In this document: positions 10,610 through 20,408 of the stretch, piece by piece
Numbering within the stretch: the stretch's first letter is position 1
Layout: every line of letters starts with the position of its first letter
Assembly: GCA_963808235.1 (NCBI GenBank)
Contig: CAWEEQ010000004.1
Coordinates: 3,232,001 to 3,296,000, forward strand
DNA: 64,000 nucleotides
Direction: 5' to 3'
From: an uncultured delta proteobacterium
GTDB lineage: Bacteria; Desulfobacterota; Binatia; Binatales; Binataceae
The notes under the pieces: model-generated
What the model was told of the DNA's origin: nothing
Database searches by the model: none
Seen by the model: the letters and a program-made list of their open reading frames with translations, nothing else
Made by a program: the position numbers and the translations under genes

Positions 10610-11185
10610 ATGACGCCCAAACTTATCCTCACCGGGTTTATGGCAACCGGGAAAAGCTCGGTGGGCCCGCTCGTCGCCCGCCGCCTCGGATGGCAATTCG
10701 TGGACAGCGACGCCCTGATCGTCGCGCACGCGAAAAAAACCGTCGCGCAAATTTTTGCCGACGACGGCGAAGCGCAATTCAGAAAATTCGAGCGTGAGGT
10801 GATCGCTCACCTCGCCCGCGATCGCCGCCGATGCCCGCATTGCCACGGACCGTATCCCGAGGTGATCTCCACCGGCGGCGGCGCGCTGGTCGAAGAGTCG
10901 AACTGCGCGGCGCTCAAGCGCGCGGGCGTGATCATCTGCCTCGAGGCGCGGCCGGAGATAGTCGCGGCGCGCGTCGAGCGTTCCAAAACCAGGCGTCCGA
11001 AATTAACCGAGAGCGGAAAGTCCACCCTGGATCGGGTAAAAGAACTCATGGCCGAGCGAACCGACGCGTACGCGCGCGCCGACGCCCGAATCGACACCTC
11101 GGATCTTTCCATCGATCAGGCTGCCGAGCGCGTGCTCGACGTCTTCAGCGCCCACGCCGCACGAAAATGCATACCATCCGCGTAA
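10610..11185 (+). CDS. aroK: shikimate kinase
   Basis: GFMATGKS Walker A, DSD, GEAQFR, ISTGGG; lies between aroC and aroB. Confidence 0.93.
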   Translation: MTPKLILTGFMATGKSSVGPLVARRLGWQFVDSDALIVAHAKKTVAQIFADDGEAQFRKFEREVIAHLARDRRRCPHCHGPYPEVISTGGGALVEESNCAALKRAGVIICLEARPEIVAARVERSKTRRPKLTESGKSTLDRVKELMAERTDAYARADARIDTSDLSIDQAAERVLDVFSAHAARKCIPSA

Positions 11186-12264
11186 ATCTCGGCGCCGCTT
11201 CGTACCAGGCACACGCCGGCGCGAACATCGTCGATCAGCTGGGCAAACTTGCGCGCGACGCGGACCTGGAACCCGGCCGATGCGCGATCGTTACCGACTC
11301 CAACGTCGACAAACTGTACGGCGCCCAAGTCGTCGCCGCGCTCGAGAAAAGCGGCTTCGCGCCAGTCGTGATTTCTGTCCCGCCGGGCGAGGCGAGCAAA
11401 TCGCTCGCGACGCTCGAAGTTCTATATGATCGAATGACCGCGGCGGCGCTCGACCGTACCAGCACAGTGTTCGCGCTCGGTGGCGGCGTGGTCGGCGACC
11501 TCGCCGGGTTCGCCGCGTCCAGCTATCTGCGCGGCGTCGCTCTGGTGCAGATACCCACCACCGTGGTCGCGCAGGTGGATTCGGCGCTCGGCGGTAAGAC
11601 CGGCGTCAATCATCGACACGCAAAAAATCTGATCGGCGCCTTCTATCAGCCGCGCCTCGTCGTTGCCGACGTTGCGATGCTCTCGACTCTGCCCGCGCGC
11701 GAGTTCCGCGAAGGATTGGCCGAGGTGATCAAGTATGGCGCCATCATGGACGCCCCGATGATCGCCGACCTCGAGCGCGATCTCCATTCGATCCTCGTGC
11801 GCAAGCTCGACCTTCTCGAGGCGGTCGTCGCGAGGTCGCTGGCGCATAAGGCCGCGGTCGTCTCCGCCGATGAGCGCGAGGCCGGCCTTCGCAAGACGCT
11901 CAACTTCGGCCATACGATTGGCCACGCGATCGAGGCGAGCGCCGGCTACGGCAACTACTTCCATGGCGAGGCGGTCGCGATTGGGATGTCCGCCGCGGCG
12001 CGCCTTTCCTCCGCCTACGCGGGACTCTCCACCGACGACGCATCGCGACTGGAACGCCTGCTCGTGCGCGCCGGCTTGCCGACCGCGATGCCCCCCGGAT
12101 GGCGCGGCGAAGACTTCATCCGCGCCCTGAATCTCGACAAAAAGCGCGCCGCCGGCGCCATCGAATTCGTCCTGCTCGACCGGATCGGCCACTCGTTAAC
12201 GCGAAGTCTGACACTGGACGAGATTGTTACGCCCTTGAGCCCGGTTCCTGACCCGCATATTTGA
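11167..12264 (+). CDS. aroB: 3-dehydroquinate synthase
   Basis: GEASKS, GGGVVGDLAGF, PTT...DSALGGKTG, KNLIGAF, LNFGHTIGHAIE, HGEAV motifs. Confidence 0.96.
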   Translation: MHTIRVNLGAASYQAHAGANIVDQLGKLARDADLEPGRCAIVTDSNVDKLYGAQVVAALEKSGFAPVVISVPPGEASKSLATLEVLYDRMTAAALDRTSTVFALGGGVVGDLAGFAASSYLRGVALVQIPTTVVAQVDSALGGKTGVNHRHAKNLIGAFYQPRLVVADVAMLSTLPAREFREGLAEVIKYGAIMDAPMIADLERDLHSILVRKLDLLEAVVARSLAHKAAVVSADEREAGLRKTLNFGHTIGHAIEASAGYGNYFHGEAVAIGMSAAARLSSAYAGLSTDDASRLERLLVRAGLPTAMPPGWRGEDFIRALNLDKKRAAGAIEFVLLDRIGHSLTRSLTLDEIVTPLSPVPDPHI

Positions 12265-12470
12265 CCCTCAGCGGGCCAAATTGGCCCTCAGATGACATTT
12301 AGTGTTCTCCACATAACCAAAAGTCAGCGCTTTGGAGCACAACTGGCTTGTGTGCGCGACCCCACTGTGGTGTGTTAACTATGTATTAGGTGGCGTACGA
12401 CGGGCTTGAGCGTCCGCACCTGACCGTAAATCGGGAGGCTGTTGGGGGGACCGACAAACGAGGTGTTCCA

Positions 12471-12707
12471 ATGGATCGAGTCGAGGAAATGAAGAGCAAG
12501 GTTCTGACGGTTCAGGAAGTGTCAACCTACCTGCGCGTCCACCCGTCCACCATCTACCGTATGCTCAAGAAAAACCTTCTCCCTGCTTTCAGGGTCGGCA
12601 GCGACTGGCGCTTCACCGTGGAAGCCATCGATAGGTGGCGCGCGTCGGTCGAGTCGGGCATACCCACGCGCCAGGCTGAGAATCACGCCGAGCTTAGCTC
12701 CAAGTAG
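12471..12707 (+). CDS. HTH_17 (excisionase-like) DNA-binding protein
   Basis: LTVQEVSTYLRVHPSTIYRM...LPAFRVGSDWRF; GAGGTG RBS upstream. Confidence 0.85.
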   Translation: MDRVEEMKSKVLTVQEVSTYLRVHPSTIYRMLKKNLLPAFRVGSDWRFTVEAIDRWRASVESGIPTRQAENHAELSSK

Positions 12708-12766
12708 CTCGCGAAAAATCTGGTGGCTATCCGCGCACCGGGCTTCCCGGCTCCCCGCCCCGCGCA

Positions 12767-13720
12767 TTAGTTCTGGAAGTACCGGCGCGGATTTTCCACC
12801 AGCATCGCGCGAATCTTCGCCTCGCCGACGCCGGCCCGCTTCAGCGCCGGCACGATATTCTTGAAGACGTGAGTCGGCGTCCAGTTCGCGATCAGCTTCG
12901 CGGTTTCCGGCGTCAGATCGAGCCCGCGTCCGAGCCAGCACGCCACCGTATCGTGCGAGAGCACGAGCTGACTCTCATATCCCACTCCGAGCAGCCCAAT
13001 CAGCGCCGCCAGGCGAAGTTTGTCGGGATGCAGGAAGTCCAGCCCGAACCTGTCGAACCCAAGCGTGCATCCTCGATCGAGCATCGCGGTGTGATAGCTC
13101 AAGTCCGATGACCCGCAGCTATGCCCGATGATCACGTGGCTCAAGTCGACGCCCTCTGAGGTGAAGATGTCGAGCTGCTCGCGGCCCATCGTGCCGTCCT
13201 CGGTATGCGTCGTGATCGGCACCCCGGTCGTACGCTGCGCGCGCGCCGCCGCCCGCAAACACATCTCCTCGTACTTCGTGACCTGTCCCTTGCCGGTGGC
13301 GCACTTGATAATGCCCGCCTTGATTCCGGTGTCGTCGATTCCCTTGGTGATCTCGCTCACGTAAACCGCCGCGATATCGTCAATGGTCCGCTGCTTGAAG
13401 TACGCCGTGTTGCCCAGATCTTCCTTGTAAAGCCCGGTCGCGCAGATTATTCGCACCCCCGACGCCGACGCGACTTCCGCCATGAAGTTCACGTCGCGCC
13501 CGATATCCATCGGACACGGATCGACAAACGTCTCGAGCCCTAAGTCGCGCACTTCCTTCAGCCGCTCGACGCAATTCTTCAGCGCCGATTTCCGCTCGAA
13601 CTTGGGCGCCGCGCAATCGAGCTCCCATCCCGCCCATCCGATCAGCAGATGCTCATGCATCAGCGTGGTGCCAAGCTGTTCCGCACTCGTGGTCCCCGTA
13701 ACCGTATTGATTGTTTTCAT
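12767..13720 (-). CDS. phosphotriesterase-family amidohydrolase
   Basis: TLMHEHL, GIIKCAT (carboxylated Lys position), ITTHT, IIGHS, LSHD and ENPRR motifs. Confidence 0.9.
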   Translation of the reverse strand: MKTINTVTGTTSAEQLGTTLMHEHLLIGWAGWELDCAAPKFERKSALKNCVERLKEVRDLGLETFVDPCPMDIGRDVNFMAEVASASGVRIICATGLYKEDLGNTAYFKQRTIDDIAAVYVSEITKGIDDTGIKAGIIKCATGKGQVTKYEEMCLRAAARAQRTTGVPITTHTEDGTMGREQLDIFTSEGVDLSHVIIGHSCGSSDLSYHTAMLDRGCTLGFDRFGLDFLHPDKLRLAALIGLLGVGYESQLVLSHDTVACWLGRGLDLTPETAKLIANWTPTHVFKNIVPALKRAGVGEAKIRAMLVENPRRYFQN

Positions 13721-13804
13721 CGCAGATGTCCCCGGCGACCTGAAGATTCCCGTCGCTGATTTGACAACTAGACCCGACGCCGATGCGCCGTCAAATGGTG
13801 CGAA

Positions 13805-14377
13805 TCAACTGCGCCGCTTGGAATCGGCGTCGGTTTCGTCAGAGCCAAAAAGCATCGCGAGAATGATCATCGTGACGCCGATCGAGATCGCGCTGTCAGC
13901 GACGTTGAACACGGGGTAGTTCAAATCGTAGTAATGCACCCGAACGAAATCGATCACTTGCCCGCGAATCGCCCGATCGATCAGGTTTCCCGCAGCACCT
14001 CCCAATATCAATGCCCACGCGACCGAAGTAACCGATACCCGCTCGGACCGAACGATCAGTACCAGCAGCACCACGATTGCCGTCGCCGCCAGCAGCATCA
14101 GAAACGATGCGCGCACCCACAGCGGCGCTTCGGCGAAGATGCTGAACGCGGCGCCCGGATTCTGCGTATACGTGAGGTCGAGGAAATTACGAATCAGCGC
14201 GATACTCTCGTAAAGCTCCATGTGCGCCTGCACGAACTGCTTAGACGCCTGATCGAGCAAAATGATCGGAATCGTGATCGCGCCGATCAAAAACAGATAC
14301 GGCCTCCGCGGCGCCCCACCCGCAGGCTCTCCCGCCGCTCGTTGTTCAGCGGAGCTTTGCGTCACCGGCGCCGGCAC
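13805..14377 (-). CDS. lspA: lipoprotein signal peptidase II
   Basis: DQASK, NPGAAFS, GGAAGNLIDR, VIDF, FNVADSAI; downstream of ileS. Confidence 0.95.
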   Translation of the reverse strand: MPAPVTQSSAEQRAAGEPAGGAPRRPYLFLIGAITIPIILLDQASKQFVQAHMELYESIALIRNFLDLTYTQNPGAAFSIFAEAPLWVRASFLMLLAATAIVVLLVLIVRSERVSVTSVAWALILGGAAGNLIDRAIRGQVIDFVRVHYYDLNYPVFNVADSAISIGVTMIILAMLFGSDETDADSKRRS

Positions 14378-14390
14378 AACGCTCCTAACA

Positions 14391-14436
14391 CCTCTCCCTT
14401 CGGGAGAGGCCGACGCGCATCGCGTAGCGACCCGTG
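14391..14436. repeat. CCTCTCCC...GGGAGAGG palindromic REP-like element
   Basis: Perfect hairpin CCTCTCCC-TTC-GGGAGAGG; degenerate relatives near 18365 and 52780-52840. Confidence 0.5.
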
Positions 14437-14500
14437 AAAAAGGTGAAAAACGAGCAATGGGTAAGGGTCCTCATTCCAGATTCCGCGTGTGCCGCCAATT

Positions 14501-17404
14501 CTACACCCTCAGCACTTCGCGACAGCGCGGATCCAATTCCGCATCCCCACCGTCATCGAAGTACTTCCAGCATCGCGCGCACTTCACCCCCGACGCATGA
14601 CGCCCGAGCATCGTGATCGCCGGATTCGCACTGGTCCGCGCAAAGGTGCCGTCGACCGCGAAATTCTCCTCCCCGCCCGCCTGCCGCCTTAACTCCGCCG
14701 CCTCTGCATCGCTCAAGATCGCAACTTCCGAAACGATAAACAGATCTTTCAGGTCTTCGCGATACCGTTTGATTGTCTGCGCGAGCCCGCTCTCAGAGCC
14801 ACCGTCAACGCCCAGACTGATCGCCGCGTCGAGCGGCGCGCCGATCGTTCCCGATTTACGCATCGCCTCGAGCAGCTTCAGCGCCTCGTCGCGCACTTTG
14901 AGCAGCCGCTCCCATCGTGACTCCAAATCGGCGTCGCGCCACTGTGGATTCGGCCCATGCATCGTCGTCAGATGCACACTCTCGGCGCGCTCGCCCGGCA
15001 CATACCCGTAAACTTCCTCGGCCGTGAACGGGATCAACGGCGCAAGCATCCTGACGATCGTGTCGAGAATATGGAACAGCGCGGTCTGCGCCGAGCGCCG
15101 CTCGACAGATTGTTCCGCCGCGCAATACAAACGATCGCGCGCGACGTCGATATAGAGCGAACTCAGATCGACCACGATAAAATTCTGCATCAAGTGATAA
15201 GCGGTCTGAAACTCGAACACTTCGTAAGCCGCGCGCACCTCGGTCTTCAACTTTTCAAGCCGTCCCAGGACAAACCGATCGAACTCCAGCATCGTTCCAT
15301 ATTCGACCGCGTCGCGTGCCGGATCGAAATCCGCCAGGTTGCCGAGCAGGAATTTGCAGGTGTTGCGAATCTTGCGATACGACTCCGACACCGCATTGAA
15401 GATCGTCGGTCCGAGCGTGATTTCCGTCGTGTAGTCGAGCGACGCGTACACCAGCCGCAACACATCGGCGCCCATCCGCCCCGCCGTGTCGACCGCGTCC
15501 TCCGAGTTGCCGAGCGACTTCGACATCTTGCGGCGCTTTTCGTCGATCGTGAGCCCGTGGCTGATCACGTTCTTGAACGGTGCGGTCCCGCGCTCCGAAA
15601 CCGCGCACACCAGCGACGAGCCGAACCATCCGCGCGCCTGCTCGACGGCCTCGAGGTACGCATCCGCCGGCCAGGTCAGTTCTTTTCGCGCCGCGAGCAC
15701 CGCGGCTTGCGATGCGCCCGAGTCGAACCACACGTCGAGAACGTCTTCCTCTTTGATAAAGGTCGCGCCGCCGCACTTCGCGCACTTCAGACTTGGCGCC
15801 ACGAAGTCCGCCGCCGGCCTGCTGTACCATGCGTCCGAACCTTCACGCGCGAAAACTTGTCCCACCCGATCCATCGTCGCGAGATCGAGCGCGATCTCGT
15901 CGCACTCCGCGCACCTGACCGCCGGAATCGGCACTCCCCACGCGCGCTGGCGTGAGATCGTCCAGTCCGGCCGGGTCTCGGTCATGTTGCGGATTCGATC
16001 CCGCGACCATCCGGGAAACCATTTCACCGCGTCGATCGCATCGACCAGCTTTTGCCGCAAACCGTTGTGGTCGATACTCACGAACCACTGTTCCGTGGCG
16101 CGGAAAATCAGCGGATTCTTGCATCGCCAGCAATGCGGGTACTGATGCTCGTAATTTTTCGAATGAATCAGCGCGCCGGCTTCCCTGAGCTTCGCGACGA
16201 TCGAATTGTTGGCGCGAAAGACATTCTGCCCGCGCCACTCTCCGCCGTCCGCGGTGAAGAGTCCCGCGTTATCGACCGGGGTGAACGGCGTCAGCCCATA
16301 CTTGTTGCCGATCACAAAGTCGTCGTAGCCGTGGCCGGGCGCGGTATGCACCAGGCCGGTGCCGGTATCCGCGGTCACGTGTCCGCCGTACATCAGCTTG
16401 ACGTCGCGCGTCAAAAACGGATGCCGAAAAATATCCTTGCCGTCGAGCGCGTTCAGCGCGTCGCGGCTAAGCGCGATTCGCTTCTCGACGATAAGTCCGC
16501 ATTCCTTTTCGACCGCGTCGGCCAGCCGCTCCGCGACCACGTACCAATTCTCGCCCGACTTGAGCGCGACGTAGTCGAACGTCTCATTGAGCGCGATTCC
16601 GAGATTCGCCGGTAGCGTCCACGGCGTGGTCGTCCAGATCACGGCGGACAGCTTGCCCGCTTTGTGAGCGGTCGCGAGCTCGGCGCCGTCTTTCTTACCT
16701 GCTGCGAGCGCGGCCGCGGCCGCGTCAGTAAGATTCGCGTTGAACTTGAATGCCACGTAGATCGACGGCGACACGTGCTCGCGATATTCTACTTCGGCCT
16801 CCGCCAGCGCGGTGCGGCAATCCCAGCACCACAGCACCGGGCGCAGCCCGCGGTACACGTAGCCGTGCTCGACCATCTTGCGCAGCACGCCGATTTCCGC
16901 CGCGTCGTACTCGGGCGCCATCGTCAGATACGGATTGAACCAGTCGCCGATCACACCCAGGCGCCGGAAATCCGAGCGCTGCAGATCGATCCATTTCTCG
17001 GCTTCTTTCCGGCATAGGCCGCGCAGTTCGAGCTTCGGAATCGTGCGCCACTTCTCACCCAGATCGCGCGAGACCTTGTGCTCGATCGGCATCCCGTGAC
17101 AGTCCCATCCCGGCACGAACGGGGTCCGATACCCCATCATCGAGCGCGAGCGCACCACGAAATCTTTCAGAATTTTGTTGAGCGCGGTCCCCAGATGAAC
17201 TCTGCCGTTAGCGTACGGAGGCCCGTCATGCAGCACCCACGACGGCGCATCCTTGCGCACGTCCATGAGCCGTTCGTAGAGCCGCATCTGGTCCCATCGC
17301 GCAAGCATCTCCGGCTCCCGCTTGGGCAAATTAGCCTTCATCGGAAACTCAGTCTTAGGAAGCTTCAGCGTCGATTTGTAGTCAGTCTCAGCCACTTCAC
17401 CCAA
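14501..17404 (-). CDS. ileS: isoleucyl-tRNA synthetase
   Basis: HDGPPYANG, HLGT (HIGH-like), PGWDCHG, IWTTTPWTLP, KMSKS and C-terminal CARCW. Confidence 0.97.
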   Translation of the reverse strand: MGEVAETDYKSTLKLPKTEFPMKANLPKREPEMLARWDQMRLYERLMDVRKDAPSWVLHDGPPYANGRVHLGTALNKILKDFVVRSRSMMGYRTPFVPGWDCHGMPIEHKVSRDLGEKWRTIPKLELRGLCRKEAEKWIDLQRSDFRRLGVIGDWFNPYLTMAPEYDAAEIGVLRKMVEHGYVYRGLRPVLWCWDCRTALAEAEVEYREHVSPSIYVAFKFNANLTDAAAAALAAGKKDGAELATAHKAGKLSAVIWTTTPWTLPANLGIALNETFDYVALKSGENWYVVAERLADAVEKECGLIVEKRIALSRDALNALDGKDIFRHPFLTRDVKLMYGGHVTADTGTGLVHTAPGHGYDDFVIGNKYGLTPFTPVDNAGLFTADGGEWRGQNVFRANNSIVAKLREAGALIHSKNYEHQYPHCWRCKNPLIFRATEQWFVSIDHNGLRQKLVDAIDAVKWFPGWSRDRIRNMTETRPDWTISRQRAWGVPIPAVRCAECDEIALDLATMDRVGQVFAREGSDAWYSRPAADFVAPSLKCAKCGGATFIKEEDVLDVWFDSGASQAAVLAARKELTWPADAYLEAVEQARGWFGSSLVCAVSERGTAPFKNVISHGLTIDEKRRKMSKSLGNSEDAVDTAGRMGADVLRLVYASLDYTTEITLGPTIFNAVSESYRKIRNTCKFLLGNLADFDPARDAVEYGTMLEFDRFVLGRLEKLKTEVRAAYEVFEFQTAYHLMQNFIVVDLSSLYIDVARDRLYCAAEQSVERRSAQTALFHILDTIVRMLAPLIPFTAEEVYGYVPGERAESVHLTTMHGPNPQWRDADLESRWERLLKVRDEALKLLEAMRKSGTIGAPLDAAISLGVDGGSESGLAQTIKRYREDLKDLFIVSEVAILSDAEAAELRRQAGGEENFAVDGTFARTSANPAITMLGRHASGVKCARCWKYFDDGGDAELDPRCREVLRV

Positions 17405-17499
17405 GATTAACGTACCCGCCCTTCATTCGCGAGCATCAACCCGAATGGGCCCTGTGGGAACGTGAAAAATGTGAAACCTTCCAAAGGTTTGCTCTGTCT

Positions 17500-17638
17500 G
17501 TGTCACTCCTTTTTCGTGTCACTCTGAGCGCAGCGAAGAACCCCGGATCTTTCTCCACGCCGACAACACCACACCATCCACAAAACCAACCGATCCGCCC
17601 GATCCCCGAATGGAAACTGTGGGAAGCGTGAAACCTTT
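17500..17638 (+). repeat. ~140-bp direct repeat, copy 1
   Basis: Near-identical to 18481-18629 (GTGTCA..CTGAGCGCAGCGAAGAACCCCGGATCTTTCTCCACGC..ACAACACCACACCATCCACAAA..CCCGATCCCCGAATGGAAACTGTGGGAA). Confidence 0.9.
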
Positions 17639-17700
17639 GGTACTGGCGTCTTTTCAGCCCCGCAGACGCGGAGTGGCGTCATTTGAAAAGTGAAGTGGCG

Positions 17701-17961
17701 TCATTTCGCTAGACGCGGATCGTCGCTGGCGACACAGATCGAGTGCTTAATTCGGCAATGAAATGAATCCGGGTCGTTCTTCTCTTCCCCCTGCATTTGG
17801 TCCAGCCGATCTATGCAAACAGTCTCGGAATCGAACGAGTGAAATTTCAGCCATTTCGTCAAGGGCGCGTTTGGATCGCAGCCAAATACGCTGTTTTGGA
17901 GAGGCGGTAGCATCAGATACCAGCCCACAAGCGCGAGCGCGGCGGCGTGACGAAGATTCAT
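17701..17961 (-). CDS. small exported 4-Cys hypothetical protein (MNLRHAAALALVGWYLMLPP type)
   Basis: Hydrophobic N-terminus, four Cys, C-terminal CVASDDPRL. I recall this as a multicopy family in Binatia genomes. Confidence 0.75.
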   Translation of the reverse strand: MNLRHAAALALVGWYLMLPPLQNSVFGCDPNAPLTKWLKFHSFDSETVCIDRLDQMQGEEKNDPDSFHCRIKHSICVASDDPRLAK

Positions 17962-17989
17962 CGAGATTTGAGATTATATCTACGGAACC

Positions 17990-18270
17990 ATTCCCACGCA
18001 CGCCGATCACAGAACCTCAAAGATTCGTCGCATTTCGATCGCTGTCCCGAACAGCTCGGCGAAGACATCCGCAGCTACCAACTGCATCTGATCCACCAAA
18101 AGGCTTCCTGGTCCCGATTCAATCAAGTGGTCTGCGCCATGCGCTTTCTGTACGCCACCACGCTTTGTCGCTCAGAGCAGATGCCACGCATTCCCTACGG
18201 CAAGAAGCCCAAGAGTTTGCCCTGCGTGCTCAGCACTGAGGAAGTGGCGTCGCTATTGACGGCGGCTCGT
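17990..18270 (+). pseudogene. tyrosine recombinase remnant (N-terminal SAM-like domain; IS91-associated/integron-like type)
   Basis: HFDRCPEQLGEDIRSYQLHL..KASWSRFNQVVCAMRFLY..TL..IPYGKKPKSLPCVLSTEEVASLL. No credible start and no catalytic GxR/HxxR/Y residues. Confidence 0.8.
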
Positions 18271-18480
18271 TACCGGCCCGCGCCGCCCCCGCCCCGTCTT
18301 CAACGCGCGGAATCGTCAAAATTCACCCACTCGATTTGCAGAAGAGGCAAAAAAGTTAAACCGGTTCCCCCTCCATCGAGGGAAGAGGCCACGATTAAGG
18401 TCGCCCGCCTCCGCTCCGCCGTCTTTTTCTTTGTGTCACCCTGAGCAAGCGAACGGCCCCCGGATCATTTTGCTCTTTTC

Positions 18481-18629
18481 GTGTCACCCCTTTTTTTCGT
18501 GTCATTCTGAGCGCAGCGAAGAACCCCGGATCTTTCTCCACGCTCACAACACCACACCATCCACAAACCCAACCGATTCGCCCGATCCCCGAATGGAAAC
18601 TGTGGGAACGTCACAAACGTGAAACCTTT
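18481..18629 (+). repeat. ~140-bp direct repeat, copy 2
   Basis: Matches 17500-17638 with a few substitutions and indels. Confidence 0.9.
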
Positions 18630-18897
18630 CAAAGGTTTCACATCCGTCCCTGGCGCGGCGAAGATTCCATCTGTGGAACCTTTGAAAGGTTCCACTCCTC
18701 CCACAGTATTAAATTCGAATCGGTCCCCTTTCCTCAAGGGACATCCGTGCCCATTTGAATCCCGGCGCCCCGCTTCGTATGATTTCGCGCGCGCACACGT
18801 ATCTTCGCCGTCCATTTGTGATGAACTGTTCATCCTTACAAATCATCTCCACTTGAGCGAAAATAAGAGGCTTGTCGAATTTCGACGCACACATTTT

Positions 18898-19200
18898 ATG
18901 GGACTCAGAAAAGTAACTCTCTTCGATAAGGAAGGCGCTACCCTCGTATCCGTCGACGAGGACGGACAGGCCAAACCCGCCGTCCTCGGCGTCCGATGGA
19001 CCAATCCGGACACCTTCGAAACCATTCGCGTGCGCGGCGGAAAACGCACCGGCCCTAAAAACGAAGTCCTGATGGAAATACCGCCGACCCTCGATACCAG
19101 CCCGTTCGCAATCGAGGATCTGCCCCCGCCCAAGGTCAAAGAAGAACTCGCGGAAATCGAAAAGCCGCCTCCCTCGAAAAAATCCGCGAAAAAACCATGA
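18898..19200 (+). CDS. hypothetical protein, ~100 aa
   Basis: From MGLRKVTLFDKEG, with host-like codon usage; ATGA overlap with the next gene. The upstream part of the track ORF is repeat DNA. Confidence 0.7.
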   Translation: MGLRKVTLFDKEGATLVSVDEDGQAKPAVLGVRWTNPDTFETIRVRGGKRTGPKNEVLMEIPPTLDTSPFAIEDLPPPKVKEELAEIEKPPPSKKSAKKP

Positions 19201-20405
19201 CTCCTTCCGATGGCGCGCTCGCGGGCCTTCGAGTCCTCGATCTCACCGGCCACCGCGCACAGCTATGCGCCCGGTTGCTCGCCGACATGGGCGCCAACGT
19301 CATCAAGGTCGAGCCGCCCACCGGCGACGACGCCCGCCGCATCGGCCCCTTCCTCGACGACCTCCCGCATCACGATCGCAGCCTGTTTTTCTGGTTCTAC
19401 AATCTCAACAAGCGCTCCTTGACGCTTGATCTGAACGATTCGCGCGGCGCCGCTATCGCGCTTCAGCTCGCGCGCTCCGCCGATGTCGTGATCGAAAGCT
19501 TCGCGCCCGGCACGCTCGACAAGATGGGCCTCGGATGGGATACCCTCCATCGCGAAAATCCCGCACTCGTCCTCTGTTCGATCGCACCGTTCGGCCAAAC
19601 CGGCCCGTATCGAGATTTCGCCGCCGATGACACCGTGCTCACCGCGATGGGTGGGATGCTCTACGTCAACGGCTTCCCGGACCATCAACCGGTTCGCCCG
19701 CTCGGCCTCCAGGCCTATCATTCGTCGGCATACTTCGGCGCGATCGCCGTGATGCTCGCGCTGCTCGCCCGCGACACCACCTCCGAAGGACAATGGATCG
19801 ACCTCAGCATGCAGGAGGCCACGGCCGCGGCCGTCGAGCACGTCGCCGCCGGATTCTTCGAACGCAAGGAAGCCGAACCGCGCCGCGGCACGCTCCATTG
19901 GAGCCGCTTCTTCCGGGTCGGCCGATGCCGCGACGGATACATCATGCATTGCACGCTCGGCGACTGGACCTCGCTCATCGAATGGGTGAAGTCCGACGGC
20001 AAAGCCGCCGACCTCGAGGCGCCTGACTATCACCAGGTGATGTACCGGTTCCTGATGGCCGAGCATCTGTTCGACGTTCTCGACGATTGGGCCAAAGACT
20101 ACCCGCGCGCCGAACTGATCGAACGCGCCCAGCTCCTTCGCCAACCCTACGCGTCGGTCCGTCCGCCCGAATCGCTCTTCGACGACGAGCAACTCTTGGC
20201 GCGCAACTTCTTCGTCGAAGTCGAGCACCCCGAACTCGGCCGCAAGTTCCGCTACCCGGGCGCACCGTATCTGTTCAACGGCACCCCGTGGCGCGTTTCG
20301 CGGCGTCCGCCGCTGCTCGGCGAGCACACCGGCAACATCCTCCGCGACGAACTCGCGATGGCTCCAGAAGCGCTCGCAACGCTATTCGCCGAGAATGTCA
20401 TCTGA
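19197..20405 (+). CDS. family III CoA-transferase (CaiB/BaiF), subunit 1
   Basis: LAGLRVLDL, LADMGANVIKVEPPTGD, NKRSLTLDL and PPLLGEHT motifs. Confidence 0.92.
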   Translation: MTPSDGALAGLRVLDLTGHRAQLCARLLADMGANVIKVEPPTGDDARRIGPFLDDLPHHDRSLFFWFYNLNKRSLTLDLNDSRGAAIALQLARSADVVIESFAPGTLDKMGLGWDTLHRENPALVLCSIAPFGQTGPYRDFAADDTVLTAMGGMLYVNGFPDHQPVRPLGLQAYHSSAYFGAIAVMLALLARDTTSEGQWIDLSMQEATAAAVEHVAAGFFERKEAEPRRGTLHWSRFFRVGRCRDGYIMHCTLGDWTSLIEWVKSDGKAADLEAPDYHQVMYRFLMAEHLFDVLDDWAKDYPRAELIERAQLLRQPYASVRPPESLFDDEQLLARNFFVEVEHPELGRKFRYPGAPYLFNGTPWRVSRRPPLLGEHTGNILRDELAMAPEALATLFAENVI

Positions 20406-20408
20406 ACA

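Noticed and set aside
10832-10846. c-type cytochrome from CPHCH in AroK
   Set aside because: The protein is cytoplasmic with no export signal, so Ccm/Res heme attachment is unlikely. Kept only as a Cys-loop observation.
12471-12707. Prophage excisionase
   Set aside because: No integrase, att site or phage genes adjacent. A stand-alone HTH_17 regulator is more likely.
17439-18706. CRISPR array or integron attC array
   Set aside because: No regularly spaced repeat-spacer units, no cas genes, no clear RYYYAAC/GTTRRRY boxes, and the integrase is only a fragment.
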